Made by a program: the position numbers and the translations under genes. A stretch of 64,000 bases of DNA from Proteromonas lacertae (taxonomy: Eukaryota). Location: assembly GCA_002245135.1 (NCBI GenBank), contig NGBS01001163.1:1-64000 (forward strand), read 5' to 3'. The notes beneath the pieces were generated by a model. The model saw only the letters and a program-made list of their open reading frames with translations. It ran no database searches and was not told the DNA's origin. Below are positions 49,763 to 63,200 of the stretch, piece after piece (the first letter of the stretch is position 1; each line of letters opens with the position of its first letter).

Positions 49763-52111
49763 TTAACTTTTCATTTTATCTTTCTTACTATTATAATTCC
49801 AAGTTTTAACACTTCCATCATTTGAACAACTAGCCAATAAACACTTGTTATTATTCCATTTTGCTTCATATACAACACTCTTATGCCCTTCCAGCCTTTC
49901 AATCAATTCTCCACTTTCAATACTCCACAAATAAATAATTCCATCTTCACTTCCACTAATAACAATCTTATCATTCATACCAAAGCTAGCTTTAACGAAA
50001 TTACTAACAAAATTCTGATGCCCTTTGAATTTTTGAATTACAGATTTATTCCTTATATCCCATATTCTATTCGTGGAGTAAAACTTAAATTAAGAATCAA
50101 TAAATGTTAATAAATCATTCTTCAAAAAATGATATATCTTTAGTAGAACTTAATAACAAATTCCCATTCATATTATACTCTATAGAAGTTACTTCACTTA
50201 ATTGGCCTGGAAGACTCATAATACATACACCACTAAGAAGATCATAAAATCTGATTTTACAATCCTTAGAAGATACTACCAATATATTACCATACGGATT
50301 GAATGAAATATGAGTAATTGAAGAAGAGGAAGAGGAAGTGGTTGGAGTGTTGTAATTGTAATTATATATTTGTTGAGATTGTTGTTGTGGTGGTGGTGGT
50401 GGATGATTTGTAGTGGTAGTAGCTGTTGATGATGATGATGTTGTGGTTGTTGTTCCACTTGGATTTGAAGAAAATGATTTAATTATCTTTCCTGTTTCTA
50501 TATCATATACATGACATACTTTTTTGTAACCACCACATGCAAATATTGCATTGTTTGGATTGAACTATAAACATTAATTAGATTAATTATTAAAATATAC
50601 TCTAACACAATATATATCATTATTACATGAATTCTGTTCTAATGAAGGTGTATGGTATGTATTGACACAATCGATAAGGGGTGATTTTAAATTCCAGAGT
50701 TTTATATCACCACTTCCTGATGAACTTACTAGTAATTCACCATTTCTTGTTGAATCTAAACTCCATATTCTACTATTATGACCTAATAGTGTTTGAATTT
50801 CATTACCTATTGTATAAATATAGATAAACAAATTAATACTTTCAAGATCATATATGTTGATAGTCTTATCACATGAACCAGATGCAAGTCTATTGCCTTT
50901 ATCTCCAATGAATGTTACACACTATAAAAGTATAGTAAAAAAGTGAATAAAAATGTAGAAAAAAAAAGAAAAAAGATCTCCGCCACCGAGAATTGAACTC
51001 GGGCCTCCCGCGTGACAGGCGGGGATACTAACCACTATACTATAGCGGACCTATTAATTCTTTCTAATTTTAGTTTATAAAACTTCTCATAATATACTTT
51101 CACATTATTTGTATGTTGTTCATAACTATAATTCACATAATTGGGTATAATGAATGGCTTATAATCACACAACAACGATGGGATAGTTACATTCAATCTT
51201 GGATGATAAACACTGTTTTGAATTTGATATTTATAAGCTTGTTGGAGTAAATTCACTAATCTATTGTTAGGAACCTATTAATATTTATATAATAATGTGA
51301 TATACAAATTCAGTGTTATTATCTATATCATTCCTATTCATTGCTTCTAATTCATCAATCAATATATCTCTATATGAATTAACACCATTCCACCACGGTT
51401 TAAACGAAGAAACTCCTCTTACACTCTAATAATAATTAATAAATAATAAATATACTTTACAAGTAAGAAGATAACATAAATCACTAAATTCTGAATTATT
51501 ATATTGTCGACTAATAGGTTCAAGTGGTTTAAGATTCTTCGTTAATACTGTAAAGGCTAATTGATATTCGTGTTTGTCGATTAGTTCTAAATATTGTTGT
51601 CTTGTTATTTCATATAAAAATGATTTTTGATTACTATATATATATATATATATTATACTGTTTTGGAATATATTTTATATTTTGTTTTACAACATCCCAA
51701 TTACCTTCTTGTATAGCTGATTTCATGATGTTTATTTGATCTGCAGTTAATGTATCTTTGTGTTTCATCTCTGCTTCATCTATTAATGTTGTTGCTGTCA
51801 TATGATAACCATGAGTATCAAGATATTGCTCCATCATTAACACAATATCATTTTGTATCTATTATTCATATTTGGTTAATATACTCTAGGATCTTCTTCA
51901 TTGAAAACTGGATTATCTAATTTGAAAGAAGGCAATCCTACATAATCTGAACTTTCTGCTTCTTTCTTTATTTCTTCATTTGTTTTATGTGGAATTATTA
52001 CAGGTGAAGGGTACTGAAAATTAGGGAAATAATATATTTCTCAAAAACAACAAAAAAAGATATCAAAGGACTATTAAGATTTCCTGCTGATTCTTCTAGC
52101 TGATATGACAT
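49763..52111 (-). CDS. LisH/CTLH + WD40-repeat protein, multi-exon (start approximate)
   Basis: MEQYLDTHGYHMTATTLIDE (LisH) and AIQEGNWD (CTLH); WD repeats LASGSCDKTI, GHNSRIWSL, SGSEDGIIYLWS and GHKSVV..SCSNDGSVKTW. Confidence 0.8.
50978..51049 (-). tRNA. tRNA-Asp(GTC), intronic
   Basis: TCCGCTA/TGGCGGA acceptor stem, D-arm TAGTATAGTGGTTAGTAT, CTGTCAC anticodon loop, GTTCAATTC T-arm, followed by a T-run. Confidence 0.97.
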
Positions 52112-52489
52112 TTATTAAACTGTTATGTTTTATAAGTCTATAAAATGATTACTTAAAACAAAAATTGAAAAACAAATACTCAAGCACAAAAATAAGCTTG
52201 AACCAATATTATTCAAAATATAGATGCAATTAATTAAATAATAGTGTCTCTTATTTTACTGTGCAATTATCAACATAAAATAAAAAGATAAATCGAATAA
52301 ATAAGGTATTGAAATTCTATAGCCAAAATATTTCTCAATTTCATTCCATTTTTATATTTTTTGACTAACAACTATCTTCATAATATTATTTTCAACCTCA
52401 TTAATCATTTCCTACAACTGTAAAATCAAAATTTATATTTCTGAAACGGACAAAAGTATTTCAAGAATTTATTTCTTGACTGTACAACC

Positions 52490-54007
52490 ATGTCTGCTTC
52501 AGATGAAGTTGTTTTAGGGATAGATTTGGGTACTACATTTTCTTGTGCAGCATGGATTTCATCAACTGGCTTGAAAATTCTAGATTATGATGATAGTACT
52601 AATACTATCCCTTCATGGGTTGGATATGCTGAAAAAAATGCAATGGTGCAAATTGGAAGAGCAGCTTTGAACAAAGCGAAAGGAAACCAACAAGGTTCAT
52701 TATACGACTCCAAAAGACTGATCGGTAAAACATATGAGAATGTTGATCATCGTGATATAGAAAGATATCCATTTAAAGTAGTAGATGAAGGTGGTTATCC
52801 TAAATACAGTTTGACACACAATGCAAAAACATTTCTAGTTTCACCAACTGAAATATCATCAAAAATACTTAGTGAAATAAAACAAACAATAGCTCGAAGA
52901 GCAGGTTGCGAAGTAACCAAAGTTGTAATAACAGTTCCAGCTTATTTCAAAAACAGTCAAAGAGAAGAGACAAGAAAAGCAGGTGCAATGGCAGGTTTTG
53001 AAGTATTACAATTAATCAATGAACCAACAGCTGCAGCAATGGCTTATGTATCAACTAATAAACTTCAAAGTAACAAAAGTATTACTCGAATATTGGTTTA
53101 TGATTTTGGTGGTGGAACTTTTGATGTAAGTGTAATAGAATTGAAAGGAAAAGAAATTACCGTTTTATCAACAGGTGGAGATGATCACTTAGGAGGACAG
53201 GATGTAACGAATATATTATTGGAACATTATTGTGACAAGATAAGAAATGAAAAAGGTATAAATGTAAAAAGTAATCCAAAATGGATATTTAATTTAAGAA
53301 ATGCTTGTGAAGAAACAAAGAGAATGTTATCAACAGTGCCTGAGTATGAATTCGGTGTAACATTTGGAGAAGATGAATATACAGACACTATAACTAGAGC
53401 TGAATTTGAAAATCAAATTATGAATTTAATTAATCGAACAATTATTCATACAAAGAAAACAGTAAAAGAAGGTAAATTGAATGTGAGTGATATTGATTTT
53501 ATTGTATTAGTAGGTGGTTCAAGTAAAATTCCATTAGTAAAAGAAGAATTAAAAAAGAATTTTATCAATATTCAACTTTGCACCGATTTAAATGGTGATG
53601 AAGCTGTAGCAAGCGGAGCTGCATTTTATGCTAATAGTATTATAAATAAAGGTAAAAATGATTATGTAATTCATGATGTATTAAATCACACAATTGGTAT
53701 AAAAGGTGTAAAACATGGGAAAGAGATTATAACTCCAATTGTTCCAAAATTAAGTGCAGTAAATAGTGATCATACATTTACATTTTATAATTCAAATTAT
53801 GCAACTGATGCTGAGATTAATATATATGAAGGTGAAAGTAAAGATGTAGAAGAAGATACAATGCTTGGTAAATTCTGCGTTACTGTTCCTTCTGCTCCTG
53901 AAGCATCAATTAAAATAGAAATTAGAATTCATGTGAATGAAAATGGAACATTGGATGTAACTGCAACTTGTGATGGCAATCCAACAACTTGTGTGATTGA
54001 AGCATGA
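52490..54007 (+). CDS. Divergent Hsp70-family protein lacking the helical lid and EEVD (505 aa)
   Basis: GIDLGTT, TVPAYF, NEPTAAA, DFGGGTFD and LVGGSSKIP; ends just after NENGTLDVTA; intronless. Confidence 0.9.
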   Translation: MSASDEVVLGIDLGTTFSCAAWISSTGLKILDYDDSTNTIPSWVGYAEKNAMVQIGRAALNKAKGNQQGSLYDSKRLIGKTYENVDHRDIERYPFKVVDEGGYPKYSLTHNAKTFLVSPTEISSKILSEIKQTIARRAGCEVTKVVITVPAYFKNSQREETRKAGAMAGFEVLQLINEPTAAAMAYVSTNKLQSNKSITRILVYDFGGGTFDVSVIELKGKEITVLSTGGDDHLGGQDVTNILLEHYCDKIRNEKGINVKSNPKWIFNLRNACEETKRMLSTVPEYEFGVTFGEDEYTDTITRAEFENQIMNLINRTIIHTKKTVKEGKLNVSDIDFIVLVGGSSKIPLVKEELKKNFINIQLCTDLNGDEAVASGAAFYANSIINKGKNDYVIHDVLNHTIGIKGVKHGKEIITPIVPKLSAVNSDHTFTFYNSNYATDAEINIYEGESKDVEEDTMLGKFCVTVPSAPEASIKIEIRIHVNENGTLDVTATCDGNPTTCVIEA

Positions 54008-54214
54008 ATAATAATAATTATTATTAAAAATTATAATTATTTTTTTTAATTACTTAAATAATATATATTTTGGTATTAGTTTCTATTCTTGTTTCTTTAT
54101 TTAAATAAAAACACATTTAAAAATAATAAGGAATACCAATAATTAAAATGAATAGTTTTCAATCTAATTCTTTTTATTTTCTTCTATTTATTGTCTTCTA
54201 GCAGCAAATGTCGA

Positions 54215-57200
54215 TTATAAACTTCCTTCACCTTTCAATGAATGTTTAGAATGAGAATCTTCATTTGTATTTGGAGAAGTATTTAACATACCATTAGATA
54301 ATACTACATTAAGTGCTTGCATTGAACTTCTTTTAGGATTTGAACCAGTTACTATAACATTAACTGAAGATCCTCTAACTGAACTTCTATTATTTTTTCC
54401 TCCTTTTAACGAATTTCTGGTAGAATTTCTAACAGATGATCTTTCTGATGAGTTCTTTGCACCTAAATGAGGAGCATTATAAAACATATCAGGTAATGAT
54501 AAAGTACATAATCCAATATTACTTATTTCAAATACATTTGGCTTTATTCTAAATTTTCCTCTTGAAGCATTCTTTCTTGCTAAACTTCTTGTTCTTTTTG
54601 ATGCTGCTGAAGTACTTGAAGATGATCCAGCTGTTGTTGTAGTGATATAAGTTGCAAAGAATAATATCTTTGATGCAAATTGTAATGCTATTACACATAT
54701 CACTCCTAATTCTACTCCTAAACTTCTTAACATCATTAAAGTATCAGGTTGTTTCTCCATCATCAAGTTTAATGGTATTTCCAATATACCTAATACAATC
54801 ATTACACCAATGATAGATGCTAATGTTTTAGATTCGTTGAATTCTGATGTAGCTTTTCTCGTTGACCAAGCTAGTTTTGCACCCCATAAGAATAATACAA
54901 TTACTGCTCCTATTTCTATAAATGTAAATATATCATTTTCACTACATTCTCGAATATAAACATCTTCTAAAAAGTTGGAATATTCTACACTGTATGTTTC
55001 GACATAAACTGCTGGATCTACCACCCACCAGATTACTAAATAAACACATTGAACTACTTCGATTATCAATATAATTCTTATTAACATCCAATTGGATATT
55101 TTCACTCTTTGTAAATCTTTATTATTGAATAATTTATGAATTCTCCAAGCTTTACAGAATAGGATACTGAATAATAAATCTATTGATAAAGCTAAAATCC
55201 AAACTCTACAAAAACAAACTCCCCAATTTGGAATTAATGTAAAAATAAATCCTGAGACACTGATTATTATTAAAGCAACTAATTCATATGATAAAAACAA
55301 TGGTGAAGCAGATTTGATAAACTTTAATCGTCTAAACATATAGATTAATATCAACAATGCAACACAAGTTACTATCAATATAACCATCAATACTAATACA
55401 AAATATCTCAAACCAGAGTTTGTTTCAAATAATATAAATTCTTTTTCCATTCTACAATCATTACTACTTAAATAGGTTAATTCTGGCTCTGGTCTTACTT
55501 CTTTACCTTGTCCTGGATATACTTTTGATAAAACACCATTCAATGTTCTCATAATGAAATAAGATCTTCTTACGTGATTATTTGCAGTTATTTCTAATTG
55601 GCCATTTGGAGTTTCATATGAAACATACTTCATACTTAATCTTAAGTATTCTTTACTTGGGAATGATGATTGCGAAACATGTTCTTCATTTGCTGCATAT
55701 TCTACTCCAGCTTTCCACAAGAATATTGTTGAATAACTTGATTCATATATTTCATTTAATTCTATTGCATTTAAATACATCGAAGTGACAGATTGTATAA
55801 AGGCTTTGGCTGAAGTTGAAGTAGAACTATCTGAATAGGATGATGCTAAATATGATCCACTCATTGTTTGAATATTTTCTTTATCTAAATCAGCTGCATC
55901 ATAGAAGAAGAATGTAATGATATATGATGATACATCAATATTATTATTTCTTAAATTGGAAATAAAGTAATTATTAGCTTTAGCAGTATATACTACAATA
56001 TAAGCTATTGTATTACCATATTTGATTTGATTTTCTGATAATAAGGATAAAAGTTGTGAATATGCATTCTCATTAGATGGTTCAAAATAAGATGCACCAA
56101 CAAAATTCATATCATGTGATTTACAATATCTTTCAAATGCATCTCCCATGATATATGTTTGATTAGTTGTAGCACCAAATACAAACACATATTTAATTTC
56201 CATCTTCTTCAAATACTCAACTACTGCTACTATCTTCTGATTGACACTTTGTCCTGTTGACATTGTATATTCTGAACATATATTACCATCATCTCTTCCA
56301 ATATAAAAGAATGTCAAATCACTTCTTGCTCCACTCAAATATCTATTCACTTCATCTCTACATACTGAAGATATACAACCAAATATTGTCACAGCTGATA
56401 TTTCTTGATCTATTGTTCTTACTGTTGAGTAGATTTTTGTTTTGGTTAAGAAATAATGATTAGCATATAATTTCTTACCATTTACACCACCGCTATCATT
56501 TATTTCATCTATTGCCATATCTTGAATTAACAGATTCTGTTGTTCTAGTTTTGTACCAGCATCAATTTCATGAATAAATGCAACATGAAATGGTTCTTCA
56601 TTATATAAATCAGTTTTTTGAATATTCCAATCACAAATATATCCAATATATTCACCTTCTAACTGATTATAGACTCTTGATTCTACATATTTAGTTGGCA
56701 TCCAATTCACATATACCTTATTATCATTTGTTATATAACCACTGTAAATATTTCTTCTAAACATGTTATTTTTGGCTAATTCAATTGTTCCACTTGGAAC
56801 ATCAATTTGAAAATCGTATAAGAAATGAACATCATTCACATCAATAGTGTTGGATGTTTGTAACATATTCTTCCAATATAATAACAAAGAATAAGCACTT
56901 TCATATTGTGTTCTTATCTTCATTTCATTACCAATATTCACATGTAATCCTTGAGCAAATGTTTTTGACATGGTTGGAATTGTAACAGATGTATATTTCT
57001 CATCACCTATTGATTCAAAATAACTACCAATCACTATATGTCCTGATAAATACTTTGATTCTAAATCATTGAAGATATTTTCATCAAATAATGTATTATA
57101 AACTGTATATTTTGGATATGTTAAACCTAATTCATACATGGCTTTATAGAAATGAATATAATATTCTTTATTCTCAAATGTAGCTATTATATAACCACCA

Positions 57201-60200
57201 TTTGGAATTGCTTGTTGAATTGTTCTTAACTGAATATTTGTCTTTTCTAAATCATATTTTATATCACCCATCAATAAGATATTTGTATAACTCATTCTGG
57301 ATTGAATCATACTATTCAAATAAGTTGTATAGTTAGATGGAGAATAAACTGTTATGGCTGAAGATGTATCTTCTAATATCCTTCTTACAGTTATTGTTGC
57401 TATTTGACTTGGATGTAATTCACTAACTATTACATTCTTTGGACATATTTCACTGTATGTATGTCCACAGAAGAAGAAGATTTTGTTAGTATCTTTCATT
57501 TCATTTACTATTATTGGATAATCATCTGGATTATATCCACCAAATATATAATTGATATCTTCATTAAGATTTGATAGAATCTTCTTATAATTACTTGAAT
57601 CTGATTGTAAATCATAAACTCTGTAAAACAATTGATAAGTATCAAATAATTCTTCATATGTATTTAGATAACTTATTCCAGCTAATAATGAATCAAATAT
57701 TGGTTTTTCTATTTCAGCATCTTTACCAGAAAATGAAATAATTATTCCAATTCGATAAGTTGGAACTGTTTGTCCTGATGATATTGTTATATCACTAAAA
57801 TCACAAATATAATAATTATCATCTTTCATATCATAAGCATTTGGAAAATGAACAACTTGAGCATCATAATCAGATATCCATTCGTTTGTATCTTTATCTT
57901 TATAAGCTAATCTGATAATTCTTCCTAAATATTGATTTTTACCAAAACCAACTAAACCTTCTGGTGAATCTAAATATAAATCATCTATCAAAGCTTTTCT
58001 TACTTTATCTGTTGAAAAATCATTTATTTTATTCACTGCTTTTGCCCATAGTTTCAATGCTATATAAAATCCAGATAATCGATCATTTATAAACACTTTT
58101 GCTTTGTCTAATCTTTGATATAAATTAGATACAAATTTCTGATTTATTTCACTTTTTGAATTTAAATCATAGAAATGAATTACTTCATAATCATTATAAT
58201 CTGATAATAAGATGGCTGAACTTGCTTCACTCACTATTAATCTCACATTTGATCTTTTCATATCATATTTCTTTAATGCATTTTGTACAGCTTCAAATTG
58301 TATTAAATCACCTCCAAATATAATGCAAATGTGTTTTTCAGTTGATGCATATCTCCTTAAAACTACATCCATCTCATCTAAACTTTTAGTTGATGTAACA
58401 ATTGCTTTTAATCTTTGTAAATAATCTCTAATATAATCAGAGAAATGAGTATCAAATGATACTGGATAAATCAATATAAATTCATCATAACCTCTATTTC
58501 TTAATACATTCAACATTGGATCATATAATGATATATGATGATTTGCTACAAAAGTATTTTTTTCACAAAATCCAATATCATATTTATATATATCAAACAA
58601 CAGAAGTCCACTATCTTCAATTGCTTTATAAGCTTGATCAATACATACTTTATAAGTGGAGAAGAATGTAACTTTTGGATTGATTCTATTAATAAATTCT
58701 ACTAGTTTATTTGCACAATTAGCAGGTATGGATTGTGTATCAAATATTTCAGCTTTTAATTGTTTACCAGCTACACCACCTTCATCATTTATCTCATCAA
58801 TTGCCATTTTGAATACATCAACTACACCAGTATTTGATTCTTCGAATTCACCAGTAATTGCAGCTTGGAATAAAATCTTTTCAGCTCCAACTTCATAATG
58901 ACTTGAATTATGTTCAGGTGACCAACTACACATCCAAGTATAGGTTGAATCAATATCCCAACTCCAAGCCATTGGAGATTGCTGATTCTCTTTCGAATAA
59001 ATTGTGGAAAATGAATCACCATTCTTATTGAATTTACCTATATAAAATGGTAATGATGGATAATGACTATCTGTGAATTTAAACTCTCCTAAAGCATCTT
59101 CAGATGATATATTTATCAATTTGTTTCTTATTATATCGGTATCTGTTGTTTTGCTTACTTCTACTGCTTTCATCCACAGTTTTGCTGCAATATATGTAGA
59201 ATCAGCAATTGCAGTTGCATTTTTTGTGTAAGTATAATGATTCATTAACTTCTTGAAATTGGCATTTGATTCAGATTGAATATCATCAAAATAATGATCT
59301 ACCAAATAGATATTATGTCTTTGTGGTTCTTCTATGAAAAGATATTGATCTTTCGTGGATATAACATCAATGAACACATACTTTTCTCTATCAATACCTA
59401 ATGTGGTTATTACTGATAAGAATCTATCCAAATTATTCCCATTATTAATTATAAATGGAATAATACCTCCTTCACCTAAATCACTTATCAACTTTGTTAT
59501 TTTGTCAGCATTCACTCCTTCTTCTTCTAATATTGTGTAATTACCTACATAAGTATACATTCCACTTCCTTGATTTTGTATTATTGTTGACAAAATATCA
59601 GATGCTTGATCATTTTCTTTAATAATAGCTAAATTTGATTGAACACCAGTTGTAAGCAAATATTCTAATAATTGTGGAACATATTGATTTGGTAATAAAC
59701 CAGTATAAAAGGTATTATAATCACATTCTTGACCAACAAACTTTGCAGGATAAATGTACAGTATTCTATTTCTAGCACTGACTCTTTGAACTACTGATTT
59801 ACAGTAGTTATTAACACAACCAATAATTATTTTTACATTATGTTTTACAACTGCATCATCAATAGATCTTTCCAATTCATCTTCAGGTATTGATGTTTCA
59901 GTATTAATAAAAACAGGCATAACTATCTTACCATTTATTGAACTTACTTCTGAATCAAATTTCTCCTGAATAGCTGCTAATGCACCAAAAAGAGCTCTCA
60001 TTCTTATTTTTCTATTTTCACCAATAAATGTAAATACTAATCCAACATTTATAGTCTCATATTCACCATATTGGTTATTCTCAATATTACATACTTCTAA
60101 AGTCTTTCCTAAACTATACAATGATATATATCCATTGTTTTTAATTGGATAGGAATATTTGTAATCTGTTGTTGATTGAATCACTCCATTTTGATCTTTC

Positions 60201-63200
60201 GATATTGTGATGATTAACATTTGACCATCGAACAAATTATTTGATTCAAATTTGATTTTACCAAGTACAGTATCTACTTCAGTTTTATATGCTAATTCTT
60301 TCAATGCATTTTTATCATTGGATTTCTTTATTTTGAATATTTCATTCATGTAATTACCTATAGCATAAGCTCTACTAATTAATGTTGTTGAATAACCAAA
60401 AAACGAATATCTTTCATTTACTCTTTTTGTAAATATATTTCTTTTATCTACAATAGATGCCATACTAAAATCAAGAGGATAACTAGCATAATGACCTAAA
60501 AACTTATTTCCCAAAATATTTAAATCAGATGCTGTTATTCCAGTATTAAGAGTAATATACTGAGGAGGAATCATATTTTTATTGTATAAATTTTCTATAA
60601 ATATTGCTGCAGCTGGTCCTTCTAATGTTGATATTATCAATGCACCATTTGGCATAACACTCTTCAATAAATCTACAAAATTTACAACATCTGTTTCAGC
60701 TAATGGTACAGTTAATTCTAATCCAAATGTAACTGAATATTGGGCTAAATCTGTCTTTATCTTCTTTGCCATATTTTGAGAAAAATTTGAATCACTTTGA
60801 ATTAGCATCATATCATCTTGTTCATGATCTAAAATCCAATATAACAATATATAATATGAATTCAGAGGTAAACCAAAATAAAATACATTTTTAAGACATT
60901 CATCACCACCGAAATCATTTTGAACTATTAATGTTTTATTATAATCATTACAAACTTCATTTATTACGATTCTCTCATCTTGAAACCATCCACCTATTAT
61001 ATAATCAAATTTATATTTTTCAGAATATTCTATAACTCTTGACTTTGCTATTTCAGCACTATCTCCATTCATAAACACAAATAATTTAACATATTGTCCA
61101 TTTATTCCACCTTCTTTATTTATCTCAGTAAAAGAAGTGTCTAAACCAGCTAATAATTGCATTGAAGTTTGGAAATATTGATCTTTGGATGGTAATAAAA
61201 CACCAAATGTATAACTATCAAGTGAATAATTTGAACCAATTTTATCCCTCCAATTACATTCATAACTAACCATCTCATTAAATTCCAAATAAAATGGTTT
61301 TGGCTCTATACTTTCACTTAAAGTAACATTATATGAAACATAACCATCTTCACTCGATATTGAGCCAATATACATACTTTGAGCTATGAAATTGTTAGAA
61401 CTGTAAGTCCATTCTCCTAATGTAGTATTGATGGTTGTTTGATATAACTGTTTTCTTACATCTTCAATATCTAAGGATTCTGCTACTCTTAAAGCACCAA
61501 TCAACAAATAAACAGTGGAATATAAATCAATATCATAATAATTTGGTTCTACCATATGACCAACTACTGTATAGAAATCTATCATATAAGTTGGATAAAT
61601 TCCTGTCTTTTCTTTCACAAATGGAGTAACAACATAATGTCCACCAGCTTCTGTAGCATTGTATATAATTTGACTATCATCAAATAAATAAACAGTATAT
61701 TCTTTAGCACATTCTACACTATTCTCATAATTGTTACATATCTTTCTATTGAATAATTTAAAGAAGGATGTTGCTTCACTATATTCAAAGAATGCCAATA
61801 TTCTACCACCATTCAACATTGTATGTGATATATTTATTATATGTTTCTTCATATCACTTTCATCATTTTTCTTTACTTTATAAAAATAGATTATTTCTCT
61901 TTCAAATGCATCTAACATTGATTTTAATAAATTCACTCTATTTTCATATTTATTTTCATCAGTCTCTCCATATAATATTGCTATTGGCTTTTGTTCAGTT
62001 AATGTTGATAAATATGTAACAAATGGATAAATCACTTGATTTGGTTGAACATAGGAATAAAACACATTATCTTCACATTCATTTCCTATTCCATAACCTG
62101 TATAAAATAACATCAATTTGGAAGTTCTTAAAACTGGAAGGATATAGCTCTTAGTCTTTTCATTACAACCACCTAATAGATATTGAACACCTCTTTCTTG
62201 TAGTCTTACTACCAAATCAGTTGCTTCTTTCTGATTGGCTGGACAATCATGTAGTTCGATTCTGATAAATCTTCCTTGAACATTTCCAAATCGATTCATC
62301 CAAGCATTTAGTTCAATTTGTGACATATAAGTAAAATGATAGTGAGTTTCTGTATTGTGGCTAATATCTAATATAAATGCAAATCCAATTATATCATCTT
62401 CAACTAATTCTCTTGATGGATTAACTGAATAATCACTTGTCAAATATTTATTATCATGTAATAAATAGAAGAATGGTTCTGGTTTAATTGGAGATCCTAT
62501 TGCTAAATAATCAACTGGAATACAATCTTGTAAAAAAGGTAAAGCGACAGTAAAACTCATATAATTATCTTTCTGAATTGGTAATTCACCTATTGGACTT
62601 GTTACTATGTTATTATATAAATATGTTCTTAATGAAAAAGCATTATCTTTGTATTCTTGATTATATGTTAAAGCATTCTTTATAAACACTAATGACATAT
62701 AAGAAACTAATTGTATTTCATTGAATAATAAAGTAGCATTTCCTTTAAATGTGTTGATTTGATCTTCAATTAAAGTGGCTTGTTCATTTGTTGCTACATC
62801 TGATAATACCGTTGTTACATAAACACCATCAACTACTGATTTATTCTCCATATTATAAAACATTGTTGCTGAATAGTCTAATATTAATGAACCCATTTCA
62901 CTATATGGATATTTCTCTCTAAATGCCATATAGAATCTGGCTGTATAATTCTGTACTGCTGTATAAAGGAAGAAATTAGATGAAGCATTATCTGTTCGAT
63001 TGTATATTGCTTCACTTACATTTAACCAATCTTCTGTTGTTGGATCTTCTATTTCTAAACAATCATAATCTCCATTTAAATTCTCAATGTATTTCTTTGA
63101 ATATTCAATCGTGTTATAACTATCTCTATTTATATATAAAAATATAATAATATAAAAATACAAGCTATTCTTGAGATATAAAAAGAACAATTTCATACCC

